Shown: positions 60,906 to 64,000 of the stretch, one piece after another | How the letters are laid out: every line of letters begins with the position of its first letter | How positions within the stretch are numbered: position 1 is the first letter of the stretch | NCBI GenBank assembly: GCA_965202805.1 | Contig: OZ241869.1 | Span: 3,872,001-3,936,000, forward strand | Direction of reading: 5' to 3' | DNA length: 64,000 nucleotides | DNA from: Longimicrobiales bacterium | GTDB lineage: Bacteria; Gemmatimonadota; Gemmatimonadetes; Longimicrobiales; Gaopeijiaceae | Notes under the pieces: generated by a model | Told to the model about the DNA's origin: nothing | The model's input: only the letters and a program-made list of their open reading frames with translations | The model's database searches: none | Position numbers and translations under genes: made by a program

Positions 60906-62168
60906 ATGCAGGCTGCTTTCAGCACTTCGCGCACGGGCTGCCGCGCCGCCACGAGAACGGTAACGCGGAAGTCCGTGAGTGCGGGCCGTCGACCGGCCGA
61001 AACGCGCTGTTGGTGGATCGCCTTGGCGATGTTGGCGCTCTCACCGGTCGGAGCACCCGTCGCCGCCCAGTCCGGCTCCGAAGCCGTCGTCTGCGTGGGG
61101 AGCGAGAGGCGAACCCTCGCGACCAACCCGATCCGCAGGATCTACATGGAAGACATGGAGATCGTGTACCGAATAGGGGTGGACATCGGCCAGCGCGACC
61201 AGATCGAGCGCACGCTCAGCTCGGAGCTCGGCTCCTATCCAGAGGTGTGGTGCGCGTGGTCCGATCCTGGGGACGATCATGCGGTGATCGTCGGCTACAC
61301 GGGCGTCATCCGCCAGGATCTGACCGTGGACCCGGAGGACCCGAGGTTCCAGGCCTTCAGCGTGGGCTTCGGCACGGGCTTCAACGCGGCCGAGGCGCAG
61401 GCGACGACGATCAACCAGCGCTTCAGCAGCCGGTACGACGGGAGCGGGTACGAAGTGCTGTTGAGGGAGACGTGGAGTGTTGCTAGAGAAACCGTGGCGG
61501 AGGTCGGTGGACCGGAGCCCAATCTGCCGGAAGGACGAATCTGTACGGAGGTCTACTCTCCCGAGTCGTGCTGGATGGAGCTGGCGGATCGACCCGGATG
61601 CTATCTGTGGAATCCTGCCCCCCAAGAGAATGTGACGGTCACATGGACGAGAGGATGTTCCAATGGCCTCGCGCAGGGAAGTGGCCAGATTAACTGGTAT
61701 CAGAACGGCGACCTCATTGAGACTACCGAGACCCGTCTTCGGGAGGGCCAGCTGAATGGCTGGACAGCGATACGTGTATACGGAGTTGATGCGTTGGAAG
61801 CCGAGCGTTGCTACGTGAATGGCGAGGTTCGCGGCTGGATAGAGCGCTTTACCGAAAGCCTGTCAGCGGAGCAATATTGGGAATGGACCTACTCTTTCTC
61901 CGGTGGCGAGCGCATAGTGGTCAATATGGAATCGGATGACGTCGATTCCTACCTCCGAGTGTTGCGGGATGACGAGACCGAGATCGGGAGTAACGATGAC
62001 GGTGGTTCTGGAGTGAACGCGCGGGTGGAGTTCCGAGTGCCGACGCCCGGGCAGTACCGGATACGAGCAAGCGCCTATGACGAAGACGATTCGGGATCTT
62101 TCGTATTGTGGGTGGGAGACCGGGATCCCGGTACCATGAACCTTGGAGACGCCTGTGGTCCACGGTAA
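60906..62168 (+). CDS. Secreted modular protein: novel N-terminal domain, Cys-rich module, C-terminal PPC domain
   Basis: Signal peptide; CWMEL..PGCYLWN..VTW..GC; DSYLRV...NDDGG.G.NAR....PGQYRIRA. Confidence 0.8.
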   Translation: MQAAFSTSRTGCRAATRTVTRKSVSAGRRPAETRCWWIALAMLALSPVGAPVAAQSGSEAVVCVGSERRTLATNPIRRIYMEDMEIVYRIGVDIGQRDQIERTLSSELGSYPEVWCAWSDPGDDHAVIVGYTGVIRQDLTVDPEDPRFQAFSVGFGTGFNAAEAQATTINQRFSSRYDGSGYEVLLRETWSVARETVAEVGGPEPNLPEGRICTEVYSPESCWMELADRPGCYLWNPAPQENVTVTWTRGCSNGLAQGSGQINWYQNGDLIETTETRLREGQLNGWTAIRVYGVDALEAERCYVNGEVRGWIERFTESLSAEQYWEWTYSFSGGERIVVNMESDDVDSYLRVLRDDETEIGSNDDGGSGVNARVEFRVPTPGQYRIRASAYDEDDSGSFVLWVGDRDPGTMNLGDACGPR

Positions 62169-62302
62169 GGCACGAGAGATACGCCATCCGGAATCGGCCC
62201 CCGAGCGAGGCACCGACGGTGACGCCACAACAACCGTCCCGGTGGTGAGCCCTCAACCGCCGACAGTGCGGTCGTAATTATTGGCATCCGTAACGGGAGA
62301 GA

Positions 62303-63055
62303 GTGCAAGTGGTCAAGCTAACGAAACTCAGGTTTCCAAAGACATGGCCTGAAGGTGACTTCTGGTGGGTTCTACTACTAGGCGCGCTCGGCGGTGCACT
62401 GAGCTATCTCTGGGCCCCTTCTGCCGAAAATGCACAACACAGCGAGAGTCCACCACTGTCGCTCCTCGCGCATCTAGCGTTCGGTGCGGGAGCGGGTCTG
62501 GTGTTCATTTACCTTCTGGCAAACACCCAGCGCGACGACTTGGCAAGACTGTGTGCTACAGCCCTGCTAGCCGGATTTGCGTGGGTTACCGTATGGGAAA
62601 TGGCCGCCAACACCATCGATCAAAAGGATGACCAACAGGAAGTAGCGGTCGAGCAGGTAGAAGAGGCGCGTTCACAACTAGCAGCACCAGCTGCGCAAGA
62701 GGGCTCCAATGAAACGATGCCTGGATATCTGGACGCTCGGATTACGGTACCCGGCTCCCAAGTGTATGTTGAGCCCAGTTCGGAACTGACTCTGGGAATT
62801 ACGGTGACCCAAGAAGCGCTATTGTCACTAGTGGTGGATGGGGATACGGATCTCACCGCCAGTCTATTCGAGACCGGCGAGGATGATGCCTTCCCGCGCT
62901 TTGTCGCGTTCAGCGACGATTATGGAGGATCTGTGAATCCTCGCATCAACGAGTTCGTTAGTCCCGGTAGCTATGCATTGGTGCTCCGCTCGTATTTCGA
63001 AGGCGATCCGATTGGCGTAGTCGAGATAACAGCGACTATCGATCCAATACAGTAA
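62303..63055 (+). CDS. Three-TM membrane protein with C-terminal PPC-like domain
   Basis: Three hydrophobic helices; D....L....SDDYGG..NPRI....PGSY.L; lower GC; start uncertain. Confidence 0.7.
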   Translation: MQVVKLTKLRFPKTWPEGDFWWVLLLGALGGALSYLWAPSAENAQHSESPPLSLLAHLAFGAGAGLVFIYLLANTQRDDLARLCATALLAGFAWVTVWEMAANTIDQKDDQQEVAVEQVEEARSQLAAPAAQEGSNETMPGYLDARITVPGSQVYVEPSSELTLGITVTQEALLSLVVDGDTDLTASLFETGEDDAFPRFVAFSDDYGGSVNPRINEFVSPGSYALVLRSYFEGDPIGVVEITATIDPIQ

Positions 63056-63095
63056 ATAGTTGTCCTATGGAGGCAGCATGCCGTAGCCTGTGAGT

Positions 63096-63583
63096 TGTAG
63101 AACGGTAATCACCTGACAGGTTGGCCTGAGAAGGACGGTGGCCAGACCGGCCTCGCGGAGGTTGATTGAGAAGAGATCCAGTCAACTCAACAACCACGGA
63201 GGAGAACCAGAATGACCACCGTCCAGGCAGAGAAGATAGCGCGCAGGAAGCTGTCCCTGCTACAGCTGGCCCAGGAACTCGGCAACGTCTCGAAGGCGTG
63301 CCGGATCGTGGGCTACAGCCGCCAGCACTTCTACGAGATCCGCCGCAACTTCCAGGTGCACGGCGCCGAGGAGCTGCTCGACCCTGTTGCCCGGCGCCAA
63401 GGGACCGCACCGCAATCGCGTCGCGTCGCCGATCGAGAAGGCGATTCTGGCCCATGCGCTGAAGCATCCGACCCACGGCGCCCAGCGGGTGACCGACGAG
63501 CTGATGCTCAGAGGGCTCCAGGTCAGTTCGGGCGGGGTGCGGGGCGTGTGGACCCGCAACAAATTCCAGACCCGCCACCACCG
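63096..63583 (+). mobile_element. Truncated IS481-family element (left end plus frameshifted transposase fragment)
   Basis: TGTAG... candidate left end at 63096; KLSLLQLAQELGNVSKACRIVGYSRQHFYEIRR and PTHG.QRV..EL...VS..GVRGVW. Confidence 0.8.
63212..63583 (+). pseudogene. IS481 transposase pseudogene (frameshift near 63385, no DDE domain)
   Basis: Homology switches from ORF 63212 to ORF 63387 and ends after TRHHR. Confidence 0.8.
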
Positions 63584-63938
63584 ACGAGTACTTTGGTCTT
63601 CTTCATCATGGCACCGGTCTCCTGTTCCAGTTGCGACTCGTACGTCGCATATGGCTGGCACCTACGCTCACAGGGGGGCCAACTCACGGGTACTCTGGCA
63701 GGGACGGCCCTTCCATTCGTTCTCGTTTAGAGCTGTGCTAAGGCGTAGTAAATGAGCAATGCAGCATGGTCTGGATGTAAGTCTGGTGACACCTTGACCT
63801 TGCCTGCGAAGAGGGCGTCCATGGCCACACAGCTCGCCTGTGGCATTGACTGCGAAGCCGCGATTGCGGACTTCTGGAACCCAGCGCTGTACAACTGGAA
63901 CCTGCTCGACCAAGAAGTTTTTAGGGATTCGCCGGGCT

Positions 63939-64000
63939 TCATCCCTCCCCCATCCACACATCCTCCACCACGGTGACCATCTCCGTAAACTCCTCCCCGT
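63939..64000 (-). CDS. C-terminal fragment of a gene extending beyond the window (...GEEFTEMVTVVEDVWMGEG*)
   Basis: Open frame with GC3-rich codons ending in TGA at 63939-63941; resembles a terminal beta-strand of large exported proteins. Confidence 0.5.
   Translation of the reverse strand, partial: GEEFTEMVTVVEDVWMGEG

Noticed and set aside
63727..63942. 71-aa minus-strand ORF overlapping the upstream stop (ATGA)
   Set aside because: No recognisable motif and atypical codon usage; cannot be supported

Overview
High-GC bacterial chromosome segment. Gene content and order suggest a Gemmatimonadota-like, possibly host- or sponge-associated organism (inference only). 1-16.8 kb is a housekeeping block: acyl-CoA dehydrogenase, Leu/Phe/Val dehydrogenase, glyA, nnr, thiL, plsC, eno, ftsB, SPFH protein, tRNA(CAT), GDPD, tilS, hpt, ftsH, cdaA. 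16.9-64 kb is accessory and dominated by exported enzymes and lipoproteins. It includes sorbosone-DH-like, cyclophilin, amidohydrolase, GGT, amidase, two NHL/PAL-like propellers, CapA, serine hydrolase, a five-copy tandem array of beta-propeller lipoproteins, RidA, DUF1028 and an Ig-GH113-like protein. It also holds RES-Xre and HipBA toxin-antitoxin pairs, two paralogous pseudo-receiver/AraC-like regulators around a lipase, an all-in-one kinase-regulator, a PARG/macrodomain-like gene next to an AAA-DUF4143 ATPase, and a decayed IS481. The best candidate for a new system is the 39.1-44.9 kb operon: a PQQ-type quinohemoprotein, a vicinal-Cys protein, a heme-c-fused PHM-like copper monooxygenase with all six Cu ligands, and a Tat-exported aldo-keto reductase. 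A PAL-like propeller with an apparently intact active site lies about 4.7 kb from the monooxygenase, suggesting a possible bacterial periplasmic alpha-amidation or hydroxylation pathway. All family calls come from motif recognition by eye, not database searches.
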